Positions 48,431-58,386 are shown, counted from the stretch's first letter. The stretch is 64,000 bases of DNA from an uncultured virus (IMG/VR IMGVR_UViG_3300042893_000829) (IMGVR_UViG_3300042893_000829), one strand, 5' to 3'. Program-made: numbers and translations. The notes: generated from the sequence alone by a model not told the origin.

Positions 48431-49922
48431 AAGAATTATAATATCCGGTAAAGTTTTAGATAATGTCGACCCACTAATGTTGGGTAGACTTAGGGTATTA
48501 CCAAAAATTGATAATCAATTACAAGCACTCCCAGTAGATTGGAATGCATCTAAAGATATATGGACTTATAAAGACCCTTTTGTTTTTTTACCATTAATAC
48601 CATACTACATTAGTCAGGTTCCAAGAGTGGGTGAATATGTTCACGTTATGTATGCAACTCGTGATGAAATAAGGGGGGCAAACAAATTCTACATACAAGG
48701 TCCTGTAAGTCGTCCTTGGAACAATTATTTTGAATCTTATGATAACTCCCAATCTATGTTAGACAATGGAGTTTACATAAAACAAGCAAAGGACGTTAGA
48801 AACAAACTTACCGGAGAAATTGATGTGGACATACGTGGGGTATATCCGGAACCTGGAGATAACGCAATTTTAGGTAGAGGAACATCGGACCTATTAATTA
48901 AACAAGAAGATATTATTTTAAGGTCTGGAAAATATATTAAATCACCAAATAAAGAAATACCAACATCAAACGATCTTAGGTCATTTGTTCAATTATCAAA
49001 TTATACTTTAGAAAGGGTTGATGATGGAGCAATGAGTTTAAATGTTGATTTTTATGTTGACCAAGAAGTTAAAAACTTTGTTGAGTGGTCAATAACCGGA
49101 GTAGATACCACTTTAAATATTATGAGTGGGTATGTTCAAACTAATAGTGTTAAACCAACGGATTCAACAAAAGTTTTAAATTTTGCAATTAATACCGGAA
49201 CAACATCTAATTGTATTCCTGTTCCAGGTTCAAAAATGGAGTTTACCGGTTTTACCGCATTACAAGTAAGTTCTTTAGTTAATCAATATATTAGAGGATT
49301 CAATAGAGGTAAAGTTACAATACCTGGATATAAAGATTATCCAAATAATGGAATATTGAATCAACAATTCCCATTTGTTTTTGGTCCAAACGTAAGTACA
49401 AATGAAAAATTATTAAGTAATGATGTAATAGTATCTAATTTAATAACAACAGTTTTTAATGAAATAAAATTAAATGAAGTTAATAGTGAGTCAGGGTTTG
49501 CAGTTGTTTGGGATAAAGATACCGTAGGACCTCAAAAAGTTTCTAAGGAAACTATTGTAGAAAAAATAAAGTATCTTGAGAGACCTGTAACATATGGATT
49601 AATGGGTGGTGATTATCTTTATTTATTGTCTCACAGAGCAGAAAATCCAAATAGAAATATTTTTAATTTAAAAGATACCTTATATGGAATATCTCAGGAA
49701 AAAATCCTTGACGATATAAAACCAAACACAAGTTCTATGGTTAGAGGTGAGGAACTTATAGATTTTCTAAAACTAATTGTTGACTTTATTCAGGCTCATA
49801 CTCACAACATTAATGAGGCTCCAATACAAGAACCATTACAAGGAGTTAAAATTTCAGACATAACAACCGCATTAGCAAATGCAGAAAAAACAATTTTAAA
49901 TCAAAATATTCGAATTAATTGA
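48420..49922 (+). CDS. Baseplate central spike (T4 gp5 / P2 gpV-like)
   Basis: N-terminal OB-fold signature DNVDPLMLGRLRV...VPRVGEYVHVMY and C-terminal VRGEEL...AHTH (HxH tip motif). Confidence 0.7.
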   Translation: MEDKRIIISGKVLDNVDPLMLGRLRVLPKIDNQLQALPVDWNASKDIWTYKDPFVFLPLIPYYISQVPRVGEYVHVMYATRDEIRGANKFYIQGPVSRPWNNYFESYDNSQSMLDNGVYIKQAKDVRNKLTGEIDVDIRGVYPEPGDNAILGRGTSDLLIKQEDIILRSGKYIKSPNKEIPTSNDLRSFVQLSNYTLERVDDGAMSLNVDFYVDQEVKNFVEWSITGVDTTLNIMSGYVQTNSVKPTDSTKVLNFAINTGTTSNCIPVPGSKMEFTGFTALQVSSLVNQYIRGFNRGKVTIPGYKDYPNNGILNQQFPFVFGPNVSTNEKLLSNDVIVSNLITTVFNEIKLNEVNSESGFAVVWDKDTVGPQKVSKETIVEKIKYLERPVTYGLMGGDYLYLLSHRAENPNRNIFNLKDTLYGISQEKILDDIKPNTSSMVRGEELIDFLKLIVDFIQAHTHNINEAPIQEPLQGVKISDITTALANAEKTILNQNIRIN

Positions 49923-49942
49923 TATTTATATTAAAAAAGTAA

Positions 49943-51406
49943 ATGTCAATTCACAACTCTTATTTTAGTAGGAATAACACTATCGTCTACAGTGGTTTAA
50001 CAAATACGGGAAGAAATCCTATTGTTGAGTTGTACTATGGTGACGGTGATGTTAAAATCCCAATTGGATTCTCAAGATTTATATTTAATATAGACCTTAC
50101 AGAATTACAGGAAAAGTATCAACAAGGAATTATTACAACAGGCGTAACCTGTTTTGATAATGTTAAACACACTTTAAGGATGGTTAATACCTCTTTTTTT
50201 GATAGGGATTTTTTAAATACAAAGACCGCATCAGAAATGGAAAGAGCAACTTCATTTGATTTAATTTTGTGGAGAATACCTTATGAGGATTTTAACGAAA
50301 CAAAACCACAAACTTGGGATGAAGGTGTTGGTTATGATTTCACAGATGTACAGTCATTACCTGGAGATAGAAATTATTCTGTAAGACCATCTAACTGGGT
50401 TCAAAGAGAAACTTTATATGATTGGGAACAACAAGGAATTTATGATAATACAAATTCTGGTGTTTTTAATTTTTCGGCATTAACCATTGTTGATATACAA
50501 CATTTTGAATTTGGGGATGAGAACATTGAGTTTGATATGACAAATGATATAAATTCAATTATACAAGGTAATTTTGTTAACCCTGTTGGTTGGGGAATTT
50601 CATATTTACCCCAATTAGAAAATTTAACTGGGACAACCGCACCTTATTATGTTGGGTTCTTTTCAAGACATACTCAGACATTTTATGAACCAAGATTAGA
50701 AACTGTATATGACGATTTAATTGAGGATGATAGGAATACTTTTTCTTTAGGTAAAACAAACAAACTTTACCTTTACTCTTTTGAAGATGGTAGTTTTCAA
50801 AATCTTGATGAAAATCCTTTTGTCACTATTAAGGATCAAACTGGGACTGCAATTCCAGGATTAATTAATCTACCCACATGTCAAAGAACACAAGGGGTTT
50901 ATGAGGTTACAATACCTCCACTTATTGGATACCACACACCTTGTATATTCACAGATACTTGGTCTAATATAAAGTTAAATGGATTTTCATTACCTAATGT
51001 GGTTAATGAGTTTGTAATTTACCCAATTAAAAAATCCATACAACTTACAACAACAACTAATGAACCAGCAACATATGGTTTTGATTTTTATGGTGTTAAA
51101 CAAGATGAAAAAATATTAAACACCGATATTAGAAAAGTTAGCGTAATTATTAAACAAGCTTTTACAACTAATAAACAACTACCAAAAGTAGAAGGTTTTT
51201 ATCGTGTTTATGTTAGAGAAGGTCAAACAGAAGTTCAAGTTCAAGATTGGACAAAATTAAATAGAACATCAAATGAATATTATTTTATTTTTGATATGAG
51301 AGATAAAATACCAAATGAGTATTATGTTGATTTAAAAGTTATTTCAAGTGGTGAGATAAATACATTTAAAAGAACAATAAAATTCCAGATTGTGAATAAA
51401 AAATAA
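49943..51406 (+). CDS. Hypothetical structural protein
   Basis: 487-aa beta-rich ORF preceded by GATATTTATA at 49921-49930. Confidence 0.6.
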   Translation: MSIHNSYFSRNNTIVYSGLTNTGRNPIVELYYGDGDVKIPIGFSRFIFNIDLTELQEKYQQGIITTGVTCFDNVKHTLRMVNTSFFDRDFLNTKTASEMERATSFDLILWRIPYEDFNETKPQTWDEGVGYDFTDVQSLPGDRNYSVRPSNWVQRETLYDWEQQGIYDNTNSGVFNFSALTIVDIQHFEFGDENIEFDMTNDINSIIQGNFVNPVGWGISYLPQLENLTGTTAPYYVGFFSRHTQTFYEPRLETVYDDLIEDDRNTFSLGKTNKLYLYSFEDGSFQNLDENPFVTIKDQTGTAIPGLINLPTCQRTQGVYEVTIPPLIGYHTPCIFTDTWSNIKLNGFSLPNVVNEFVIYPIKKSIQLTTTTNEPATYGFDFYGVKQDEKILNTDIRKVSVIIKQAFTTNKQLPKVEGFYRVYVREGQTEVQVQDWTKLNRTSNEYYFIFDMRDKIPNEYYVDLKVISSGEINTFKRTIKFQIVNKK

Positions 51407-51495
51407 TGTCAAGTAACACAATTAAATATGGTAACATTAGGTGGTTCTGATGGATTAAACAATTAAACAATATATTTATATAAAAACAAATAAAA

Positions 51496-51663
51496 ATGGG
51501 AGAATCAAGCGCAAATACTGAAGTTACAATATGTATTGAATTATGTGACCAATCTGTGGTGTCAGTAACACCACCTCACCCCGTATGGTCCGATTTAACG
51601 GGTGGTACGGTAACTCAATTGAATATGGTAGTTCTTGGAGGTCCGGATGGATTAAATTCGTAA
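51496..51663 (+). CDS. Small hypothetical protein (55 aa, below ORF-track cutoff)
   Basis: MGESSANTEVTICIELCDQSVVSVTPPHPVWSDLTGGTVTQLNMVVLGGPDGLNS*. It fills the gap and is preceded by ATATTTATA at 51472-51480. Confidence 0.7.
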   Translation: MGESSANTEVTICIELCDQSVVSVTPPHPVWSDLTGGTVTQLNMVVLGGPDGLNS

Positions 51664-51673
51664 TATTTTAAAA

Positions 51674-52138
51674 ATGAGAAATTTAGATAGATTAATTAAA
51701 AAAGTTATTAGAGAAACACACGAAGAAAAATCTCAAAGATATATGTTCTTTTCAAATTTAGAACAAATGAGAAGACAATGTGATATGTTATTAGATTTAG
51801 ACCAAGACATGATTGAATCTATTTTAGATAATGGTCATGATTGGGCTCAAGACCATATTTCAGAAGCAAAAAATAACATGGACCAAGTATTTGATTTTTT
51901 AATGAATGAATCTAAAAAAGACGGTATGGAAATGTCTATGAATATGGATGATGATACGGTTATGATGGAAGGTAGAAAAAAAACTGGCACACCTCTTTGT
52001 GCAAGGGGTAAGGCATCAGCAAAGGCAAAATATGACGTGTACCCCTCCGCATATTCAAATGGCCATGCCGTACAAGTATGTAAAGGAAAAATTAAAGGTT
52101 TAGATGGTAAAAGACATTGTTCTGGAGCTTATTGTTAA
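51674..52138 (+). CDS. Hypothetical protein (possible internal head protein) with basic Cys-containing YPSAY C-terminus
   Basis: N-terminal LDRLIKKVIRE and C-terminal LCARGK...YPSAYSNGHAVQVCKG. Confidence 0.6.
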   Translation: MRNLDRLIKKVIRETHEEKSQRYMFFSNLEQMRRQCDMLLDLDQDMIESILDNGHDWAQDHISEAKNNMDQVFDFLMNESKKDGMEMSMNMDDDTVMMEGRKKTGTPLCARGKASAKAKYDVYPSAYSNGHAVQVCKGKIKGLDGKRHCSGAYC

Positions 52139-52155
52139 ATTATTTAAAGATTTTA

Positions 52156-52186
52156 TTTGTGGATTAAATTAATTTGATTATATTTG
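52156..52186 (+). promoter_or_regulatory. Bacteroidota housekeeping sigma promoter (-33 TTTG / -7 TAnnTTTG)
   Basis: TTTG at 52156-52159, a 19-nt spacer and TATATTTG at 52179-52186, upstream of the ATG at 52212. Confidence 0.75.
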
Positions 52187-52211
52187 TTTATACTAAAAAT
52201 AACACACATAT

Positions 52212-52643
52212 ATGAAAAAAAAAATAATCAGATTTTTTAAAAGATTTAAGATGAGATTTTATCTTTGGTCAAAACGTTCGTCATTGATGAAAACTTACCA
52301 AGAGGAAGTTACGTCATACGAAAAAACTTGTTTTAAGATATGTCTTAAATTAATCTCAAACCCTCATTCCGATTTTATGATAGCCCCAATGTCTAATAAA
52401 CGATATATTAGAAATACTGCGTTTGATATGTTTGTTACTATGGATCATGGTAGAATTGAGATCACAAATCACGTTTTTAATTATAACGTTAAATTATCAG
52501 ATAGAGATTGGGAAAGAATAACATTTATCTTTGATACTGAAACAGAAAAAAGACGTTCAGAGACAGAACAAGATGTTAGTTCCCAAATTAAAAATTCTCT
52601 ACAACACGTATTAGAAAAATTAGAGAATCACGTTGTTAAATAA
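52212..52643 (+). CDS. Hypothetical protein
   Basis: 143-aa ORF with its own host-type promoter. Confidence 0.65.
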   Translation: MKKKIIRFFKRFKMRFYLWSKRSSLMKTYQEEVTSYEKTCFKICLKLISNPHSDFMIAPMSNKRYIRNTAFDMFVTMDHGRIEITNHVFNYNVKLSDRDWERITFIFDTETEKRRSETEQDVSSQIKNSLQHVLEKLENHVVK

Positions 52644-52658
52644 AAAACCACAAAAAAT

Positions 52659-52689
52659 TTTGGTGGTTAGAATAGAATACTTATATTTG
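52659..52689 (+). promoter_or_regulatory. Bacteroidota housekeeping sigma promoter
   Basis: TTTG at 52659-52662, a 19-nt spacer and TATATTTG at 52682-52689, upstream of the ATG at 52716. Confidence 0.75.
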
Positions 52690-52715
52690 TATAAATAATT
52701 AAAAAAATAAACCTT

Positions 52716-52979
52716 ATGAAAACATCCTTATTAACCCTGTCTTTTTTTATTAGTTTTAACTTGTTTTCCCAAACAGTTATTACTAACACGCAAACATCAA
52801 ATGCCATTGTTTATTCTGACACCACAGAATATGATTTAAATAAATTCACTTCAGAGTATGCGACTGAGATGTCAACTTGGTCTAAAGAAAAAAAAGAATG
52901 GTTTAAAACTTTCGCTTACACTAGAGGTAATATTACAATCCCTAACGAACCGATTGTTGTTCCTAAGTTTAACGATTAA
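52716..52979 (+). CDS. Small secreted protein with Sec signal peptide
   Basis: MKTSLLTLSFFISFNLFS|Q: basic N-region, hydrophobic core and Gln at the predicted +1 position. Confidence 0.65.
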   Translation: MKTSLLTLSFFISFNLFSQTVITNTQTSNAIVYSDTTEYDLNKFTSEYATEMSTWSKEKKEWFKTFAYTRGNITIPNEPIVVPKFND

Positions 52980-54280
52980 AGACTATTCAGATAAGTTTTC
53001 CATTCCGGATCAGTACCGGAATCTATACGACAAAAGTATGTTAAGTCATTTTTAATACCAAGAAAATAAACTTTGGCGTTAGGATCATCAAATTCGGTTT
53101 GGTCTAAAAAATCTTGACTTAGAATGTCGGCTGGCACTATATCCAACGTAAACATATCAGTATCATATGTTTCTCTAGGAATTGTTGATGATGGTGACGG
53201 GGATAAGTATAATCTTTTATATCCACCACCATTTATTCCTCCATTCTTATCTTCTTCACTATTGAAGATTAAGTTATTTTCTCTAAATGAATCATCTTTT
53301 ATATCATTTTGACAAAAGAGATTAATTACTCCAGTAGGTGTTTTTTGTTCTGTTATAACTCGTTTAACAATTCTCATTAAATCGTTTTCGGTTAATGTAA
53401 TAATTTTTCTTTTCATATTTTCATTTGTTCTTGGTTTATATTTTGTCATAATTGGTTTTTGACCTTTACCAATTTGGGTGTCTTTTTTCTCAGCACTTCT
53501 TTTTTGTTGACACGCTGATTTTTTTTGTTCATCTGTCATTTTTGCAGCAACCCCAGCGGCTCTACATTTTGGGTAACCTTTTGAATCCGCATCTGGTCTA
53601 CCGCAAGGTGGATGACCTCCACCCTTTTTATTACTACATATATTTACCCACGGACCTTGTGGTTCTGATGAACCCTTTGATTTTTTTTTATTACCAAACC
53701 AAACACTAAGGTCTTCTTTAATTGTATCTACCGGATATGTATCAACCTCATATGAATCAGTATGTGGGTCCTTTTCCCAAACACCAACAATTCTTTTAAC
53801 ATTACCTTTTAATGTTTTTTCCTTGTATTTCTTAGTTATGTAATGGTCAACCTCATCGGTGTACGGTCCTAATATATGTTTTTTCCATTTACGTAAACCA
53901 AGTTCTTGTGGTCCATTATATGCTCCCGCTGAAATAGATGTACTGGATTCAGTTATTTTTCCTGGGTATTGATTAATTACATTACCATCTTCATCACTAG
54001 ATGTTGAATTTGGGTGATTCTTTATATAATTAGAAATTTTTTTGGATTTATTTTCTAATTTATTAATTTGTTTTTTTGGTAAACTCATTGACCCATCATA
54101 ACTATCATACTGTAACATTGCGTTATTGTATTTTGAAACGGGCATTGTGAACGGTTGTAAATCAATTTTTTTAAATTCTCTAACCCCAGGTTGTAGTGGA
54201 CCGATATACGATCCTCTACTTCCGGAACTATCAGAAGTAGCCTCATTTAAAATTTTTCTTAATATTTGATTTATGTTCAT
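52976..54280 (-). CDS. Hypothetical multi-segment protein (possible internal head protein)
   Basis: QILRKILNE and LTENDLMRIVKRVITE helices, plus a WFG...WVNIC...PPCGR...YPKCR module. GATATTTATA lies upstream at 54295-54304. Confidence 0.6.
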   Translation of the reverse strand: MNINQILRKILNEATSDSSGSRGSYIGPLQPGVREFKKIDLQPFTMPVSKYNNAMLQYDSYDGSMSLPKKQINKLENKSKKISNYIKNHPNSTSSDEDGNVINQYPGKITESSTSISAGAYNGPQELGLRKWKKHILGPYTDEVDHYITKKYKEKTLKGNVKRIVGVWEKDPHTDSYEVDTYPVDTIKEDLSVWFGNKKKSKGSSEPQGPWVNICSNKKGGGHPPCGRPDADSKGYPKCRAAGVAAKMTDEQKKSACQQKRSAEKKDTQIGKGQKPIMTKYKPRTNENMKRKIITLTENDLMRIVKRVITEQKTPTGVINLFCQNDIKDDSFRENNLIFNSEEDKNGGINGGGYKRLYLSPSPSSTIPRETYDTDMFTLDIVPADILSQDFLDQTEFDDPNAKVYFLGIKNDLTYFCRIDSGTDPEWKTYLNSL

Positions 54281-54318
54281 TATTTAATTATAATTATAAA
54301 TATCTTATATTAAATAAA

Positions 54319-54558
54319 ATGAAAAATAAAGAAGAGTTATTTGGTAATTTATTCGGAACAATTGATTTGTTTAACGAAGAACACCTGGAAGTTATACTAT
54401 CCACTATGGATAAAGAACACGCAATATACTATTTAGTGGAGGCGGTTAAGTGTGCATATAATAGAGGAATCTATACAATAGGCGAATCTGAAGTTATTTC
54501 TAAATCTATTAGAGTGTTTTCAAAATTGGGGGATTCTACCCAAACTAATGAGAAATAA
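54319..54558 (+). CDS. Hypothetical protein
   Basis: 79-aa ORF converging on the major capsid protein terminator. Confidence 0.6.
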   Translation: MKNKEELFGNLFGTIDLFNEEHLEVILSTMDKEHAIYYLVEAVKCAYNRGIYTIGESEVISKSIRVFSKLGDSTQTNEK

Positions 54559-54585
54559 AAAAAGGGACAATAAATTGTCCCTTTT
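54557..54585. terminator. Bidirectional intrinsic terminator downstream of the major capsid gene
   Basis: Perfect inverted repeat aaaagggacaat-aa-attgtccctttt. Confidence 0.85.
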
Positions 54586-54609
54586 GAGTGTAATACTTTA
54601 AGATTTTGA

Positions 54610-56454
54610 TTATCTCAATTCTCTTAAATCAAATGTACGAACACCATCTACGGTAATTCTTCCGTAAAATCTGTTGTTTACCATTTTTTTCGCGTATCTC
54701 GTCATTATTCCTTTAATCGGAGTAAAGTTGAACGGATTGTACATTGTAGGTGTTAATTGTAGAGGTACGTACGGTGCGTAGATGTAACCTGTGTCTAACA
54801 ATGATGTTCCTTTATGTCCTAACAAAACTGTGTTTGGTGGGAAGTAAGGGTCACGGTAAACTTGGTAACGTCCTGCAAGAGTACCAACTCTTTCAATACC
54901 CATATTGTATTGGTCTTGTTCAGGAGATGCGTTAGATACGTGGAAGTATTCTAAATCATCAAAGATTGCAGAAACCTCAGAAGAAACAACGATCCAGTTA
55001 GCTCCACCTCTTAAAGTAGATTTGTGGATTTGTGCTGACAACTGATTGATTGCCGTAATCAAAGTTTGATTCCAATCTTTTTGAGTATAAGATGTAGTTT
55101 GAGCAATTCTTCTCCATCCGTTGTAATCCCAACGTAGGTTCCAAGCCGCTCCTTTTCTCAAGTCACGTAAAATTTCACGGTCAATTTCAGCGGCCACTTG
55201 TTCTGACAATAAAGCCGTCAATTCAGCTTCAGCGTCAATGTTGTGGAATGCCGCAACGTCTTGTGCCATTTCTGGAGACCATTGTGCTCTTAATTTTCTT
55301 TCAGATACAGAAACAGTTACTGATTCTAAATCAAAAGAAACCTCACCAATTTGGTCTTCAAACTCCATATTTTTGTAAGTTCTATAGATAGAAGTAAATG
55401 AATTACCTGAATGTCCTGAATAAATTGTAGTACCTGTGTAACCATCTAAAGATGTTGAGTCACAGTCAGCACATACAGGACAAGAAAGGTCAACTTCAAC
55501 GTAGATGTAACCATTAGCGTCACAAATATCGTAGTAAGAACCACCATTACCTGTTGTTGGCCAAGTTGTTGACGCTTGATTACCGTATTGAACGATTCCT
55601 TTACCGTATTGTTGAGTAACAACTCTAAATAACAATGGAAGTGGGGTACCGTTTGCGTCTGCAAGTACATTACAAGGTGTTGTAGATGCGGATAAAGTTG
55701 GTTGATTTGCAATAATCTTAAGGTCAGATAAGAATGTTTCTGAATCCATTTCATTACCATCAGGACCTACTAATTTACCAGCTCCTGAACTTCTGAATCC
55801 TGAAATTTTCAAAATCATTTTTCTGATGTTACCTGTCGGTGCGTTTGAAAGAACTAGATTACCACTAGACCATACTTGGATTTGTGTTGTAGCAGTAACT
55901 GCAGTCCACGCTCCTTTAGAGTAATCAAACAATCCTGGAGGATCCAAACCTGCTTCACCACCTTCGTAGAACAAATCATAAAGATTTTTTGCGTAAGGGA
56001 AGTTTGTTGCCGATGCCGTACCATAACCTTGGTTAGGATCGTTATCACCACTGTCAACTGCGTTTGGAGAACCGATTGGTGCGTAATGCTCACCACCATC
56101 AACGGCTGCCGATTTGTAACCTTGGATTTTAGGTACAAAGAAGAACAATTTACCGATAGGTAAGTTCATTGCTTGTACAGAAACGATGTCGTTAGCTAAC
56201 AATTTAGAGAAAACTCTTCTTACGATAGGGAAAACAACTGTTTCAAATGCTCCGTTAGAACCTTCTGAAGTTGCTTCGTTAATCAAGAAAGAAGCTTGGT
56301 TTTCATATAACTGTGCTACGTTTTCTTTTAGGTGGCCTCTAAGACCTTCAAGGAACCCTAATCTGTCCCATTTGTTTATAGTGTCTTCTTTGATAACTTT
56401 AAGGTGTTTTAACCCGATGTTACCTACAAGACCTGATTCTAATAATGCTCCCAT
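54610..56454 (-). CDS. Major capsid protein (T4 gp23-like)
   Basis: PIVRRVF...VSVQAM, RKLRAQWSPEMAQD, DAEAELTALLSEQVAAEIDREI, YAPYVPL and GIMTRY. Confidence 0.95.
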   Translation of the reverse strand: MGALLESGLVGNIGLKHLKVIKEDTINKWDRLGFLEGLRGHLKENVAQLYENQASFLINEATSEGSNGAFETVVFPIVRRVFSKLLANDIVSVQAMNLPIGKLFFFVPKIQGYKSAAVDGGEHYAPIGSPNAVDSGDNDPNQGYGTASATNFPYAKNLYDLFYEGGEAGLDPPGLFDYSKGAWTAVTATTQIQVWSSGNLVLSNAPTGNIRKMILKISGFRSSGAGKLVGPDGNEMDSETFLSDLKIIANQPTLSASTTPCNVLADANGTPLPLLFRVVTQQYGKGIVQYGNQASTTWPTTGNGGSYYDICDANGYIYVEVDLSCPVCADCDSTSLDGYTGTTIYSGHSGNSFTSIYRTYKNMEFEDQIGEVSFDLESVTVSVSERKLRAQWSPEMAQDVAAFHNIDAEAELTALLSEQVAAEIDREILRDLRKGAAWNLRWDYNGWRRIAQTTSYTQKDWNQTLITAINQLSAQIHKSTLRGGANWIVVSSEVSAIFDDLEYFHVSNASPEQDQYNMGIERVGTLAGRYQVYRDPYFPPNTVLLGHKGTSLLDTGYIYAPYVPLQLTPTMYNPFNFTPIKGIMTRYAKKMVNNRFYGRITVDGVRTFDLRELR

Positions 56455-56491
56455 TTTTTTTGGTTTTTTATTTTTTAGTTTATTTATTTAT

Positions 56492-58270
56492 TTATTTTAA
56501 TTTTCCCATTAAATCTTTCATTCTTAAGAACTGAGGATTTTCATACGTTTTAGATTCAATTAAATTTACTGCCGATCCTGTTGTAGGAACTTTAGAAATT
56601 GTTCTTTGTACTGATTCTGTGATTGTACCATCTCCTTTTGAAGTTACTTCAGAAAGTTCTCCTTTAATGTATTTGTAAAGATTTTTAGATTCTTTTAAAG
56701 TTTCGGCGTTGTCAAATCTTCTTAGAATATTAATCTTTTCTTGTTTAGTTGTTGAGTGTTCAGTAAATAAACGAGTTGCGTAAGCCAAGTTTGAATTGAA
56801 AACTGCAACCTCATTTAATTTAGTTCTGAAAAGGTCAAGAGCCTTTCTGTATTCTCCGTTTTTCGCTCTTAATAAATCTAATTCTTCAGTACTTTCTTTT
56901 CTTAAATGTCTAGGTGCTGCTTTTGGTTTATCCAAACCTTCTCTACCCCATCTTTTACCGTTACCCAAAGTTCTAGAAGCCTCTTTAAATTCTCCTCTAG
57001 CTTTTGGTTTCATTCCAAAACCTTCGTAGTTAACTTCTTCTTTATATTCAAATTTCGCTTTACCCATTCCAACACCTCTGGTTCCTTGTTTCATAGTTGT
57101 TTTGAAACCACCAGATTGGTTTGGTTTTTTATCGTATCTGAATTTAGATGCGTTACCCATACCCATTCCTTTGGCTTTTGCTTTCATTTTGGCTTCATTC
57201 ATCCATCCTTCTTCTAATTCATCAGTGATGGACCTACCAACTGGCATCTCATTAGAGTATAGTTCATCTTCCATATATGGGTCTTCTTCCGCATATGGGT
57301 CTTCTTCAAAATATCTATCTACATTATCTGACGTATCATAATCATCCATTTCCATAAATTCGATTGGGTGTCTGTCACCTGAAAGTCCTTCATCATCTAA
57401 TTCTAACTCATAGATTGTTTCTTCACCCATCTCTTTTTTATCGTTTTCAAGAGATTGTTGAGTTAAGTCCTCAATTTCTTTAAATTCTCCAAATGAAAAA
57501 TCATCATCGTTTTCTTCACCAAATTCATCAAATGAAAATTTATTTGACGAATAATCGTCTTCATCACCAAATTCATCAAATGAAAATTTATTTGACGAAT
57601 AATCGTCTTCATCACCAAATTCATCGTAATCACCAAATTTATCGTAATCACCAAATTCATCACCCATCATAGAACCTTTCATAGAACCTTTCATAGAACC
57701 TCTCATAGGTATATCGTCCATCCTAGAACCTCTCATAGAACCTCTCATAGGCATATCGTCCATCATAGAATCTCTCATAGGCATATCAGATTCTCCAAGT
57801 TGGATTAGGTATTCTGTATCATTTTCGTTGTCTGATAAATGTAACATATTGTTTTCTTTTTTTACGATTACACCATCTTCATCTCCCATTGCTTTAAATA
57901 CTCTTAAAACTTCAGCATCTGATGCTTTGGTTAAATCAATTGTGTCCTCATCTGAATCCATAGTTGGTAGGTCCATCATATCATCTTCCGTGTCATCCAC
58001 GTCTAATGAAAAATCATCCTCATCATCTACATCATCTAAATTATCAGTATCGGCATCAATATCTTCCAAATCATCCATGGTAGATACATCAACGTCAACA
58101 TCGTCCTCATCTTCAACCTCATCTTGTTCTAAGAGAGATTCTTTTACTAATGAACCAATTTCTCTCCTCATAGTTGAAGAAAGTATTCCTTGTGCATTTT
58201 TGTTAAGGGATTCCTCCAAATTTTGTATTTGGAAAAGTGCGTCCTCAATAACTGAATTGTTTTTTATCAT
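56492..58270 (-). CDS. Prohead core/scaffolding protein
   Basis: Lies directly upstream of the major capsid gene. Very acidic low-complexity middle, coiled-coil C-terminus and many (L/I)xE sites. Confidence 0.7.
   Translation of the reverse strand: MIKNNSVIEDALFQIQNLEESLNKNAQGILSSTMRREIGSLVKESLLEQDEVEDEDDVDVDVSTMDDLEDIDADTDNLDDVDDEDDFSLDVDDTEDDMMDLPTMDSDEDTIDLTKASDAEVLRVFKAMGDEDGVIVKKENNMLHLSDNENDTEYLIQLGESDMPMRDSMMDDMPMRGSMRGSRMDDIPMRGSMKGSMKGSMMGDEFGDYDKFGDYDEFGDEDDYSSNKFSFDEFGDEDDYSSNKFSFDEFGEENDDDFSFGEFKEIEDLTQQSLENDKKEMGEETIYELELDDEGLSGDRHPIEFMEMDDYDTSDNVDRYFEEDPYAEEDPYMEDELYSNEMPVGRSITDELEEGWMNEAKMKAKAKGMGMGNASKFRYDKKPNQSGGFKTTMKQGTRGVGMGKAKFEYKEEVNYEGFGMKPKARGEFKEASRTLGNGKRWGREGLDKPKAAPRHLRKESTEELDLLRAKNGEYRKALDLFRTKLNEVAVFNSNLAYATRLFTEHSTTKQEKINILRRFDNAETLKESKNLYKYIKGELSEVTSKGDGTITESVQRTISKVPTTGSAVNLIESKTYENPQFLRMKDLMGKLK
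57516..57790 (-). repeat. Coding tandem repeats in the scaffold gene (2 x 48 bp; 18-bp FGDYD(E/K) and 12-bp M(K/R)GS units)
   Basis: tcaccaaattcatcaaatgaaaatttatttgacgaataatcgtcttca occurs at 57516-57563 and 57564-57611. MPMRGS/MKGS repeats follow. Confidence 0.85.
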
Positions 58271-58343
58271 CTTTTATTTTGTGATGTTTATTCAAATAAA
58301 TACTTGATAAAATAAAAAAGTTCAGTTATTTTGATATAGATGC

Positions 58344-58386
58344 AAAAAAAAATGGAAATGAACCTAATCATCTCCATTTATTTTTT
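58344..58386. terminator. Probable intrinsic terminator
   Basis: aaaaaaaaatgga...tccatttatttttt imperfect hairpin with A/T tails. Confidence 0.5.

Noticed and set aside
57516..57611. 48-bp direct repeat as mini-CRISPR or att site
   Set aside because: The copies are adjacent with no spacer, and the repeat is an in-frame duplication within the scaffold gene.
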